Source of the DNA: Amoeboaphelidium protococcarum X5
Lineage: Eukaryota; Fungi; Aphelidiomycota
Direction of reading: 5' to 3'
DNA length: 64,000 nt
Assembly: GCA_023515725.1 (NCBI GenBank)
Contig: JALDTO010000154.1
Coordinates: 310,001-374,000, forward strand
The translations under genes were made by a program, and so were the position numbers. This document shows positions 52,517-64,000 of the stretch, piece by piece (positions within the stretch are counted from its first letter, which is position 1; every line of letters starts with the position of its first letter). Under the pieces are notes generated by a model, which saw only the letters and a list, made by a program, of their open reading frames with translations, was not told where the DNA came from and did no database searches.

Positions 52517-53314
52517 CTCTGCAATAGTAATAATAAAGTTTGAACTCACAGTAGTAATTTATGATTAAATAATTAAGAGTACTGAAGACAACTTATTGAA
52601 GAGAGTAGATGGTGATCGCTAAATGTTAAACACTCAACGCGACAGAATGAATGACGCGGCTTTAACGAGATGGATCACCTATAGACGAACACACGCGTGA
52701 TTTGCTTTCTTTTAGTGGCCAGCCAGGCAGAGGAATGAATCGCCTTTTGTATAGAACGATCTGCTACTGTTTCGAAGATCTCTGAAACTCTTTTCGCGAT
52801 TACAATTTCATGCTCGGTAACTGCGCCGTTTTGCTTACTATCATCGTATCAGATTATTTACCCATCAAAAACTGTTTTATACCTCCTTTGTTGACAACTT
52901 CATAGAAATTTAACTCGATTCAGGCAGAAAAAGTGTCCGAGTACTCTTGTGAGTCGATCAGTCATGTAAATGAAAGAGCCAGCTCACTTTACGTGAAAGG
53001 AAGAATATTAATATGGTATTATTCTAATTCTAATTTGCTTATATAAAATTATTGTAAGAGTCTCATATCGAGGCAGATTACTCTATGAACATTGATATAG
53101 ATGAAGAATGCAGTGGCGAGCTGCAACAAGACAATTGAGGCGACAACGCGTCTGTGTTAATTTCTTCTCCCTTCTCCCGCTCAAATCGTTAAATCTTCTG
53201 GTGCTTTGAGAATTTAAATACCTTTGTCTTTCTCACTCAAGAATATATATATATATATATTTGAGCAGAGTATATTTTGCCACTAATTATATAAATCTAA
53301 TATCTAATTGAATA

Positions 53315-54661
53315 ATGCTTGGCCCTGAAATGGATGGAAAATAGTAGGAAGAACACATTGCCGGTAATCTAGGTAGTAATGGTGGTGGAGCTGTAGTTAG
53401 TGACACTGACTTGGTGAAGAAGACGGCTGGCATGAAGGTCAAGGAGGTGCTTGATGTTTACAGTGCTGGCAAGGACATGAGCTAATACAGATTTTGGAGC
53501 ACTTAGCCGGTGATGCGGTTTGATTAGCAAGAGTTTGCGGAATGTGGTCCCATCGAACCTGATGTTGTTATAGAGAATGTTCGCAAGACTCCGTATGCTC
53601 TCCCTCCAGGCTATTCCTGGGAGATTGTTGATTTGTAAGTGGATGACCAATTGGAGGAGGTTGCTTAGTTTCTAGATGCTAATTATGTGGAAGATCTCAT
53701 GTCCACCTTCAGGTTGTGTTATTCTAATGAATTACTGCGGTTTGCACTGTGTCCACCCGGGTATTTAAAAGATTGGCACGTTTGCTTGCGTGATGCTAAG
53801 GGAAAGCTGCTGGCGACCATATTTGCTGTTCCTGCCACGATGTCAATTTACGGTAAATCTGTAAAGATGGTGATTATCAACTTTCTATGCGTCCATAAGA
53901 TCTTGCGCTCCAAGCGATTAGCTCCAGTGTTGATCAAAGAGATAACTAGGCGTGTCAATTTGACTGGATTAAGTCAGGCTGTGTATACCGCTGGTACAAC
54001 ACTACCCAGGGCCGTTAGCAATGTTTAGTACCTGCATAGATCTATTAATGTGAAGAAGCTGGTAGATACCGGATTCTCTTACATCAAGAAGAAGATGACT
54101 TTGGTGAGAACGATCAAGTTGTTCAAGCTGCCAATCTAATTCACCATTCCCGGATTTAGAGTACTATCTTCGGAAGACAATGATTTGGATGCCGTCTTGA
54201 CTCAATGTGCTGCTCTTTATTTGGAGTTCTATAAGCAGTTTGACATGTACCATGACATGAGCGTGGAAGAAGTGAAGCATTATTTGACTCCTGTGAAAGA
54301 TTCTCTTGTCTCATTTGTAGTTCAAAATGCTGATGGTAAAGTTTTGGCTTTCACCTCATATTACATTATCAAGAACAAGATATTGGGTAATCCGAAATAT
54401 GATTACTTGAATAGTGCTTTCCAATGGTAGTTTGCTGTTGCAAAGGATTCTGGTGTGTCTCTGCAGCAATTGTTTGAGAGTTAGATGATTCACGGCGTCA
54501 ATACAGGAATGGATGTGTTCACCTGTCTAAAGGGCATGGGTAGAGATGAAGTGTTGGAGAAGCTCAAGTTTGCTCCCGGCGATGGTCATCTGAATTTCTA
54601 TTTGTTCAACTATAAATGCCCGTAGATTAGTGCGGATAAGCAGGCTTTTATGATTATATGA
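53315..54661 (+). CDS. NMT: Glycylpeptide N-myristoyltransferase, divergent paralogue A
   Basis: Motifs: [60 protein letters not shown]. Start is 53315 or 53330. Confidence 0.92.
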
Positions 54662-55053
54662 ATTTAGAATGAAGTACATTCATTATTGCTTAGAAGTTGA
54701 TTTGATCTTTGTTTTTGATGATGATAATAGAATTCAGATTGCTTGCGAGTTAGAGCGATTACACCATTCAAAATTCCAGATGTTTGGTAATAGAAATTTT
54801 AAGTACAAAAGTAAAAGGTATCTTGAGCGTTAAGTTAAAAGTTCAAATTAGACTCTCTTTGATGAAACCAAATGATGGAGCTAATCGAAGCGGCCACTCT
54901 TTATGGTTTGTCTTCACACGCTCGCGCTCGCGCTCACTCATGTGATCGTCTAGAGGCGATCCTTTGCTTAGCAACGCTGTGGCTTGTTCCTTTTTCGATT
55001 CGCTTTAAAATCTACAGGAGTTTATCACAGAACAATTGTTGTTGATTCGGAAA

Positions 55054-56382
55054 ATGGACGGAAATAAGTAGGAGTAATAGACTGCAAGCGATGTAGGCAA
55101 AAATGGCGGAGCGAAGGAGAGCGGTACTGATATGGTGAAGAAAATGGCTGATATGAAAGTCAAGGATATGCTTGATGGCTACAATGCAGGCAAAGACATG
55201 AGCTAGTATAAGTTTTGGGGTACTCAGCCGGTGATGAGATTTGATTAGTAGGAGGCGGTGGAATGTGGTCCAATAGAGCCTGAATTGGTGGTGGAGAATG
55301 TTCGCAAGACTCCATATGCTCTTCCGCCAGGATACTCATGGGCAACTATAGACATGCAAGTGGACTCTTAATTGGAAGAATTTGCGTAGTTTCTGAACGC
55401 GAATTATGTAGAAGATCTTATGGCGACTTTTAGACTCTGTTATTCCAACGAATTACTGCGTTTTGCTCTATGTCCGCCTGGGTATCTAAAAGATTGGCAC
55501 GTTGGCCTCCGTGATGGTAAGGGCAATTTGATGGGCACCTTATTTGCTATTCCGGCCACTCTCGCGGTACTCGGCAAGCCTATCAAGATGGTTATAGTTA
55601 ATTTTCTCTGCGTTCATAAGTCACTGCGGTCCAAGCGATTGACTCCAGTGCTGTTCAAAGAGGTGAAAAGACGTGTCAACCTGACTGGGTTGAGTCAGGC
55701 TACTTCCACTTCCGGCGTCATTCTACCCAGAGCTGTCACTAATGTAAAGTATCTGTATAGATGTATTAATGTGAAAAAGCTAGTGGATACCGGATATACT
55801 TATATCAAGAAGAAGATGACTCTGGCGAGAACGATAAAGTTATTCAATCTGCCGGCAAAGTTTACTATTCCCGGATTTAGAGTATTGTCCGCGGAAGATT
55901 AGGATTTAGATGCTGTCTTGACTCAGTGTGCTGCTCTCTACCAGGAGTTTTACAAGCAGTTTGATATGTATCATGACATGAGTGTGGAAGAAGTCAAGTA
56001 TTATTTGACTCCGGTGAAAGATTCTCTGGTCACATGTGTAGTGCAGAATGCGGATGGTAAAGTGGTTGCCTTCACATCTTACTTTGTTATTAAGAACAAG
56101 ATTCTGGGTAATCCGAAATATGACTATTTGAATTGTGGGTACCAATGGTAATATGCTATTGCAAAGGATTCCGGTATTTCCATGGAAGCTTTGTTTGAGA
56201 ATCAAATGATTTACGGCGCCAGCACTGGAATTGACGTGTTTAACTGCCTTAAGAGCATGGGCCGGGACGAAGCTCTGGAGAATCTCAAGTTTTCTGGCGG
56301 TCAAGGGAATTTGAATTTCTATCTATACAACTACAAGTGTCCGTAAATTAGTGCTGATAAGCAGGCATTTATGATTATATGA
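55054..56382 (+). CDS. NMT: Glycylpeptide N-myristoyltransferase, divergent paralogue B (tandem duplicate)
   Basis: Motifs: YKFWGTQPV, VNFLCVHKSLRSKRLTPVLFKEVKRRVN, LKFSGGQGNLNFYLYNY. Collinear with paralogue A. Confidence 0.92.
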
Positions 56383-56831
56383 TTATATCATTTATGTATG
56401 TAAGCATATTGCTGAACTCGGTGAAAGTTAAAAGTCTGTGGATGTTTAATGCTCCTTTCTGCTTTATCATGGTGAGGAGTTTAAATAACCTGCTTTTGAA
56501 TCAGTCTTTCTATTATTTTAATTCTTTCAAGCGCTCTATATTTTGTTGCTCTTTCGATACTATAGTATTACGACCTGTGCTCAATGAGATAGGGGACATT
56601 GGATGCGACGCAACTAACATCTCAAACTCAACGGTACTACTTTTCGATATGCGCAGTAATTTTGCTCAGTCAAATGTCTTATGAATGACATGGTATAACA
56701 GAGAACGCAATAGAATCAAAGATTGTCATAGAATTTATTAACACGCTTTATATTCGCTTTGATGTTTAAAGTGAAATTTTGGTGTTTAAAGATTTTAAAT
56801 CGACCTATAATAGCTTCTCAATATTCAAATT

Positions 56832-57848
56832 TCAACCAGTGCGCGTTCTCTTGAAGGGATTCATGAAACTGAACCAAGTTCTTTTGGGCTTTTATATGCG
56901 TTCTTCGAGAACAGGTGCATCTCCAAAGGCGCCTAGGTTAGACTCTTGTTCTTGTGTCAATTGATTTCTTTGTCGCATCTCTGCCTTCAACGGTTCGATT
57001 AAAGACCCTTCCGCTAATAGCTCTGCTTCCAGAGCGTCAACTTCCTCGGACAATTCTTACTCGTCTTGATCATTCTGGAACTCTGACAAATCAGCAACCT
57101 TGATGGTAGGAACGTTGAAGAACCATAAATTATCAATGTTCCGCTAAGATTGTTAAATTGCAATTCGCACTTTGGACTTTGCAACAACATTTGCAAACTT
57201 CAAACCGCTTATTCTGGGATTGCCGCCTTGCTTCTTCTTGACTTGATCATACGCGTAGGCAGCATCTATTAAGTGGTCAAAGTATCCAATAGTGTACTTT
57301 TACTTGTCGACAGTAATGGACGCTTTCCAGGACACCCAGCGCTTAGAAAACTCAACCCCCGGTAATTTGACCAAATCTCTTGTGACAGCGTTGACAATGC
57401 CGACTTTCAAAGCAGCATCCGGCAGACAAATATCCAGATATTCGTCGACATAATCGCGTTCTTCTACGACCATCGAAAACTTTTCAGAATTGTTAACATC
57501 TGCCAGGTACTCAATCTTTGCTCTAATGTATCTTTTGGCATTAAGCAAATCCTCGAACACGTACCCATCGACCACGACATCTTGCTGTTGCACTTCTGGA
57601 TCACAGCGTCTGTGCATTTCACCTAAAGTGGCACGACGTGCGTACGTGTATGGAATGTCATTGCCATCAGTAGCCTCGCGGTTATCATCGAATGGCTAGA
57701 AAGCGCTGCCATTATCAATTATGATCTTCAAATACTCTGCCTCCTTGCTAAAACTCAGATCATCTCCATCGTTGTACAAAGTTGGTGGAGAAACACACAA
57801 CTTAGCCAAAATAATCACACAAAATAATATCAGAGTAACAGACTTCAT
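56832..57848 (-). CDS. Secreted orphan protein (signal peptide), 338 aa
   Basis: One frame from ATG 57848 to TGA 56832. N-terminus MKSVTLILFCVIILAKLCVS|PP. Acidic stretch, then a basic/aromatic tail KPKRTWFSFMNPFKRTRTG. Confidence 0.72.
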
Positions 57849-59099
57849 ACAGGCAGAATTATCTTATCTTAGTTTGTGTATTGATAAGAAGGAAACGGCT
57901 GAGCAAACTTGAATGCGCCACCTCCACTTCATTTTGTATGCGCCACATCAATCTTACTTCGCCTGCGCCACCATCAGCTGTTTCAATCTAAAAATGGCAT
58001 ATTAACTTAACTTATCTATTTCTCAGAGAAGTTATTGTTCAAAATAATATAACATCAATCAAGCGCGAAAGTAGAATCTGGTCTTTGTCTCTGCGAACGA
58101 CCGTCTGTATATGAGAACTACTTATTGATTCTGCATATGATTAAATAGCTTTGAAACTTCTGGTTACTTGGCCTTGCACGACATCATATGAATTTGCCAG
58201 ATCCGGTGAACTGCCTAACTGTTCTTTTATGGACTTCGCCGTGTACGAATATGAATCGCTTCACCTGTTTCTTCCACTGGTCCCCATTCGCATACAAACA
58301 GTTGCGGCTATCAACATCAGTCCTTTCAACACCAATATTACCTGATCACCACGCGTGTATTATGATATGTTTTTGTACACAAAATCATATTCGAACGGCC
58401 AGTAAATCTCACCCCAGCTGATTAGGATTATCAGACTCACTCCCAATGTACTAAACGCGCAATCTCATCATCTTGCTGAATACAATACTTGTTACAATGC
58501 CATGAAATAACTGTTATTTATTTAGCCGACTTACGCAGTTCTTCAGCAGTGGTACTTTAGAATGCAGTTTCAACTGTTGGGAAGTTTTAATCGCGTTGAC
58601 TTTCTTTAAAGGTTTTTACCAACAGCATCTGCTGCCGTTGTTTCAAAGATTTGGTGATCTAGTATGGGGTATATGAGTTGGAAGTAATGTTCAGAACTCT
58701 GCCCCTGAACCGAAGTTGAAAAAGTTTTTTCCTACAATGATCAAGACGCCACCCACCCACACTCATTGACTTTTGATCCTTGAATGATAGACAAAAGCCA
58801 CACGGCAAATACAATCAACATTTTATTGTTTCACTTGATTCATTTATATCAACTGACTAAATAGGAAATCTAGGATCAGTGGCAGTAGGATTAAGAGGAT
58901 TTTAATTACTATTTGAAGGCTAATGAAGCAGCTCTATAGAATGATCTGGCTGAATTAAAGAATATTCTGCGTCCATCCTGCATAATGGTTAGAGAAGTAA
59001 TCGCTGAATTGAAGTAGAAGGAAGCTGTGCTCGTCGGCGTATCTTGGACTACTGTATCTATAGAGTTATAGCGTTCAAAAAGTTTTCCTTTGTATATCT

Positions 59100-61040
59100 G
59101 AAGCTGTTTCAGCATTGTATCAATCTATTTAATCGTTATAATGTCAAGTCTTGCTCTCTATTGCCTATTGTCTCTGCTAAAGAACCGTTTTGAGTATCAA
59201 TGATTATGAGCTGATGAATTATTTGGTCCCTGGCAAACTAGTGCGAGACTATGTTAAATACATCTCTAATCATGAGGGTTAGCTGTGGGCATTGAAGACT
59301 GATTCTTATCAAGTCTAGTTTGTGTTCAAATGTCCCGACGAATATGTTTTTAAAGAAATTAGTGTGATGAATTGTATTGATGTTGTACGAGTTGATCCGT
59401 CTGGTAATGGCTAAATTTAGCTTCCTGAAGATTTCAACGCTACGCATGAGTACAAAGACATAGGTTAAGATGAACTTGGTGGGGACAACGACGATTTTGA
59501 GTTTGAATATGAATTTGATGGCGAGTTGGAGTTTACAAAAGCGCCACACAGTTCTCTATTTCTTCTTCCTCTTTCTTATCTGACTTCTCATAGAATAGAA
59601 ATGGCAAAGAATGTTACGCGTAAATTCAAACTGAAAACTGTCTTGAATCTGAGCGATACTGATAAAGAGAGATTGCGTATCTGTTCGGATCAAGGCGTGA
59701 TAGCTTATACCAATGAAGCTTCAGACCTGCAGAGAAAGGCGCGAAATACTGACCTGTCTCAAGTGGTTGTTGGGGATTTGCTTTGGAAAACAGTCGGAAT
59801 GTAAAACAAAGGATGAATGGCTCTCGATTGGATTGGCGTTGACCCTGCTATGAAGAACGTACTGGTGTGAGGCGACGAGGCGAATGTCGAAGGTGCAATT
59901 ACGCTAAAAGAAGCCAAGCAGGAGTTAAAAGAAGAGGGCCACATATCTGCTGGATACTGCAAAGTCTTACATTGACTACGAAACCCGAAGCCCGCCTATT
60001 GCACATCAAACCAGCAGAAATCACGCTGATGGAATATGAAATGGCATAATCAAGCAGTAATCAGTAGTATCTGGATGCCTACATCAGATATTTTGACGTC
60101 GTTTATCCGTTCTACTCCAGATCATTCCATCGTAACTGGCGATTTCGGCGATTTTTGTAAGACCAAGTCTTGCGTTTGGCAATGTCATTATCATGATGAG
60201 TGCCACCCGATCACAAGTGTATGCATTGTCAAAATTTATCTTACTTGTCGGAGGTCATCTAGACTATATGAGACAGATGAGTCTGAATATGAGAGCTTAG
60301 ACAGCACTGATGGTGATGTGCAACATGACTCGAACGATTAGTAGAATCTTCGCTGTGATGTTGATCGTCGTAATATCATTTCTGGCTCTAGATTACGGGC
60401 TAGAGCGAATCTCGCGACCTTTAATCTGCTAATAAACTGGATTACGCGCAAAGTCTGAGATTCTGTCTACTTCTATTTTACTTGGAATGGCCGGCCAAAA
60501 TCACCTGTTCCAATAATAAGTGATCTGCGCCGATGTAAAGCTGCAAATAAGAGGAAACGCAAACTACGTAAATCTTATGGCAAGTTATAACCTCCAGATA
60601 AACCTCCGGTGATTGCTTTTGGTGATGCTGGCGTGAAACACTTTTGTGGTAATCCTCCAGTTCCAGTGAAAAAGTTTGCGGACGAGTCGAGTCGACGGGC
60701 ATTGGTAGTGATTACTCCTGAGTATCAAACTAGCAAACAGCACTCACTCTATCATGCAGATCTTCACTGGAAGCGCAAAATGGTGATGAGGTGTCGATAC
60801 AAGAAGGTAAAGAAGATACTGCCTGGTCGTCGCCGCGCTTAAATGTCTGCATCAAAGCTGATGGATCGGAAATACTATAGCACGAATGTCCTGATCATTT
60901 CAACCGAAGAGTCCTAATCAAGATTTGATGTTTGACCCGACCTGTCAAAACACTGGATGTAACGTCTTTTTAGATCGGGATTTTAATGCTCACAGGACTA
61001 TGGCATAATTAAATAGTCCGCCATTACGCGATGAATGGTA
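59100..61040 (+). pseudogene. Decayed Fanzor1 (TnpB-like RuvC nuclease) with D-E-D triad retained
   Basis: Motifs: LFLLPLS (59559), WIGVDP (RuvC-I D, 59841), PVIAFGDAG..GNPPVPVKKF..VVITPEYQTSK (RuvC-II E, 60720), CQNTGCNVFLDRDFNA (RuvC-III D, 60979). In-frame TGAs at 59814 and 59868, plus frameshifts. The 5' boundary is approximate. Confidence 0.82.
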
Positions 61041-61041
61041 G

Positions 61042-61095
61042 CATACCGTAATAGAATTTCCGCGCCGAAAGGCGCGCCTGAAATATACGGTAATG
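61042..61095 (+). ncRNA. Candidate Fanzor omega-RNA scaffold stem-loop
   Basis: Nested pairing TACCGTA(61044)/TACGGTA(61086), ATTTC/GAAAT and CGCGCC-GAAA-GGCGCG, immediately 3' of RuvC-III. Confidence 0.55.
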
Positions 61096-61414
61096 TTTGT
61101 GGGACTGACTGATGAAATAGACTGCATTTTATTGATGCATGTAAAGTACTCAGCTATTCAGTGACCACTCCTCACACTTGCTATTGAAACGAATTACTTG
61201 CGAGTTCTACGAATAGAATTGCCATTTTCTTACTTTGAGCATTGATTTAAAACGTATCCAATAAATTAGATAGCTTATGGCGGTTGTAACAGCGTTGCTT
61301 TTTATCTTGGCGAATACCCGTGCATTTGATATCACCGCTGTTGGCTCATTTTCAAGTTTGCCTCTTCTTCTGCTCTCACTAAAAAATTTTATCACGAATC
61401 ACTGCTTTATTATT

Positions 61415-61761
61415 ATGGCTTTGCGTGGTTAATCCTTTAAGCGGATAATACCCGTCACTAGATCTATTCAAAAAAGACTGCTGGTGCATCCTTAAAGTAA
61501 GGTCAGTAGTAGTGACTACTCCTTTTATGATGACCATGTCGCCGAATATGCAGCGAGACCTATAACGCGACTATCCTTGTCAGAATTACTCACCTGGTCC
61601 AATAATGATAAGACTACGCAACTGGTATAGAGGGAACTGCCAACGAGGATTGCTAGAATTATTAGAAATATCCAGGCGCTGCCGTTTATCGTTGGGATGA
61701 ATCCGTATATAAAGCGAGTTTATCTGTTGTACTTGGACAGTCTGGAGCGATTGCGGCTATT

Positions 61762-61797
<36 letters not shown>

Positions 61798-62752
61798 GCT
61801 GTAATAATAGTAGTAGTCACAATCTTCAAATGAACAAGGCAGTCATCAGAAATAACACTAGCATACTCATACGCAGTCATAAGACTTTCCGCAGGTACTG
61901 AAGGAAATGGTAGATTCTCATAGTGAAATTATATAAACTTTGGCGCAGGGAATGTCTGAATGTCGACCATATTTATCAGAGGATCTGGTCACGTCGTTCT
62001 TGAATAAGACTATTCAGTAGCGGATTGGAGTAAGAGTTCTGGCTGAACATTACCTGGCATTAAATGAAGGCCATACTGGAGATGATTTTCACCACCAAAA
62101 TGTGAAGGCTGCGATTGATCATTAAAAAACTTGGCCTGGTGATGGATAACACGCGTTCGCTGGTCGAGGTATTGTAGATTTTAATATCAATCCAAGGAAT
62201 CTTTTAAAGTCTAGCATTGTGCCTATGATATCGCAACTATCTGAACTGCATTATGGAATGGAGCCGGAGGTTGTGATTGATGGAGATATTCAGTTCCCTT
62301 ATATCAAAGTGCACTTGGAGTACATCTTGACTGAATTGCTAAAGAATTCATTCAGAGCATCAATACTGCATACTAGGAAGAAGAATATGATTGGTCATGT
62401 ACCACAGATTCATATCACACTTATAGATGGTGATGGTGTAGTGACTATCAGAATCAGGGATCATGGAGGTGGGATTCCGCGCCATGAGATTGAAAATGTG
62501 TGGCGATACTCATACTCCACGGTGGACAAGTAGGAGGAGATTGGCGGTGGGAATGTACTCTCCGTCGCCAGTCAAGAGACTCTTATACACAGTAGTGGTG
62601 GACCTATGGCTGGTCTCGGGTATGGACTCCCAATGGCACGAATTTATGCCGAGTGGGCTGGTGGCTCTCTTAAACTCATGTCTATGCCTGGCCACGGAAT
62701 TGACACATTTCTACGTCTGCCTCACATCAAGTCTTAACACCTGAGCATTTGA
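61415..62752 (+). CDS. Mitochondrial alpha-ketoacid dehydrogenase kinase (BCKDK/PDK family)
   Basis: Motifs: [68 protein letters not shown]. Contains an in-frame (TAA)10-TAG polyQ tract. Confidence 0.92.
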
Positions 62753-62888
62753 TTCGTGAGTTTTGCGTAAATAGAAATGGAGAAATTGAATGGAATAATC
62801 ATGAAGAGAATACGAATGAATATCTTATTATTAGACCGAGTGCAATTATGCAGCTTTAAAATTCCACATTTAAAGCACCATATATAGA

Positions 62889-64000
62889 TCAAGTAGCCTG
62901 ATTGAATCGGCGGAATTCAATATTAGAGTAGCCAGACATATTTTTGGACACTCGAAAGAAGCCTTCAGCATATTCATGAGCACCAAGCAGTCGCATAAAC
63001 TATTCGTCATGAGTGATGATGATCAGTTAAAAGTTTGCCTACTATCTCCGAATCTCTATGATTCTATGCAGTGATTCAGCCAGACTTGCGGCATTGTCCT
63101 CGTCCAGGTTAGTGGTCGGTTCATCCAGAGCCAGGATACCACAGTTGATACAGAAAGTCTCTGCCAGAGCAAGACGAATGATCAGGGAGGCCAACACCTT
63201 CTATCCAGCACTACAGCGGCCGCGAATGTCCATCTAAGTGTCACCTTTTTACATGACAACTCTGTAGTTATAAGAACGCTGCGTAGTTGCAGTGGATTTC
63301 TTCTCATTGGTCGAGTCAACATCGGAGCATATCATTATGGAGTCAATATCATTGCCGCGATACGTGCTCTACCACAATTGTCTGATAATCTTATTAATTT
63401 CCTCCATCTTCATGGAATGGAATTTGAGGATGGCACTCTCAAGAGCCTTTGAATACTTTTCCAAATCCTGAGTAGCTACTTACGCAGTCTTCACTTTGAT
63501 GCGCTATCCACGAAGCTGATCATCAATGTCCTAATAATCATCACCAAGACTACTCTCATACGACTCTCTTTAGATCTAAAGTTGACGCAGCTCTCCCTAC
63601 ATTCCAGCCTTCTTTGCATTACATTGCTCTAACTGTTATCGTTTAGCATCGACTGTCCTTTGCACTCTTGCAGCATCAGCGACTTTCATTCTCCCCTCAA
63701 GATCAATCATCTACCCAGACAAATTCTTGATCGCAGTTTCCATGCTCAGCATACGCAAAGTGTCTTGGTACTTTCGAATGTCAATCTCTAAAGTATTCGA
63801 CCTCTGAGATAAGGCTGCAATTTCCTCATTTACAGCGTTCATTTGAGATTCAAGGGAATTCTTCCAATGTGACATTGTTTTCTACTCATTGATATACTCT
63901 GCTAGTTGGGATTCGAACCGGCTAATATCCATCTACTTTATCTAATCACGCAAAGACTAGAGTTGATTGATGACTTTTTGCAATTTCTAGATCTCCTTCT
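62889..64000 (-). CDS. RAD50: DNA repair protein Rad50 (3' part; continues beyond the window)
   Basis: Motifs: [65 protein letters not shown] at 62889. Confidence 0.96.

Noticed and set aside
53243-53260. (AT)n tract, and similar (CAAA)n and poly-A tracts elsewhere
   Set aside because: Ordinary microsatellites in intergenic DNA.
58000-59115. Partner transposase for the second Fanzor
   Set aside because: Only short TGA-interrupted frames without transposase motifs were seen, and no terminal repeats were identified.
1-64000. Mass pseudogenisation or very frequent tiny introns suggested by the fragmented ORF track
   Set aside because: The fragments join in one frame across TAA/TAG at conserved Gln positions, so codon reassignment explains them.

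Overview
Gene-dense eukaryotic nuclear DNA of fungal-like (holomycotan) type. It uses the ciliate-style genetic code: TAA/TAG = Gln and TGA is the only stop. This is why the supplied standard-code ORF track is fragmented. Re-read by hand with that code, the window holds about 33 genes. They include AIFM1, ODC, a Met30-like F-box protein, IDH2, Erf4, PTRHD1, VMA7, an HPS1-like protein, JJJ1, importin-beta, an IQSEC-like Arf GEF, an IQ-BAG protein, bS18m, mL60, eL41, Sec8, TBCC, ETFDH, VMA8, TCD, LSG1, EME1, PalA/ALIX, two tandem divergent NMTs, BCKDK/PDK, RAD50 and several orphans. The code plus this gene content fits the aphelid Amoeboaphelidium protococcarum; this is an inference and was not verified. 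The most notable items are: (1) two decayed Fanzor1 (eukaryotic TnpB-like RNA-guided nuclease) loci, one with an intact D-E-D triad followed by a long GAAA-capped hairpin resembling an omega-RNA, the other with all three catalytic residues substituted; (2) an intact 1392-aa DDE transposase-like ORF with a complete DEDDy 3'-5' exonuclease inserted inside its catalytic core, flanked by a hairpin and (GACTCC)n repeats; (3) all 12 introns I could resolve end in an invariant TGTAG; (4) an orphan with a KEN box, a D-box-like motif and an MR tail, resembling an APC/C inhibitor; (5) a 12-TM protein resembling adenylyl cyclase membrane anchors but with no catalytic domain, a possibly myristoylated microprotein and a secreted orphan. 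All calls come from manual translation and motif recognition; no searches were run.
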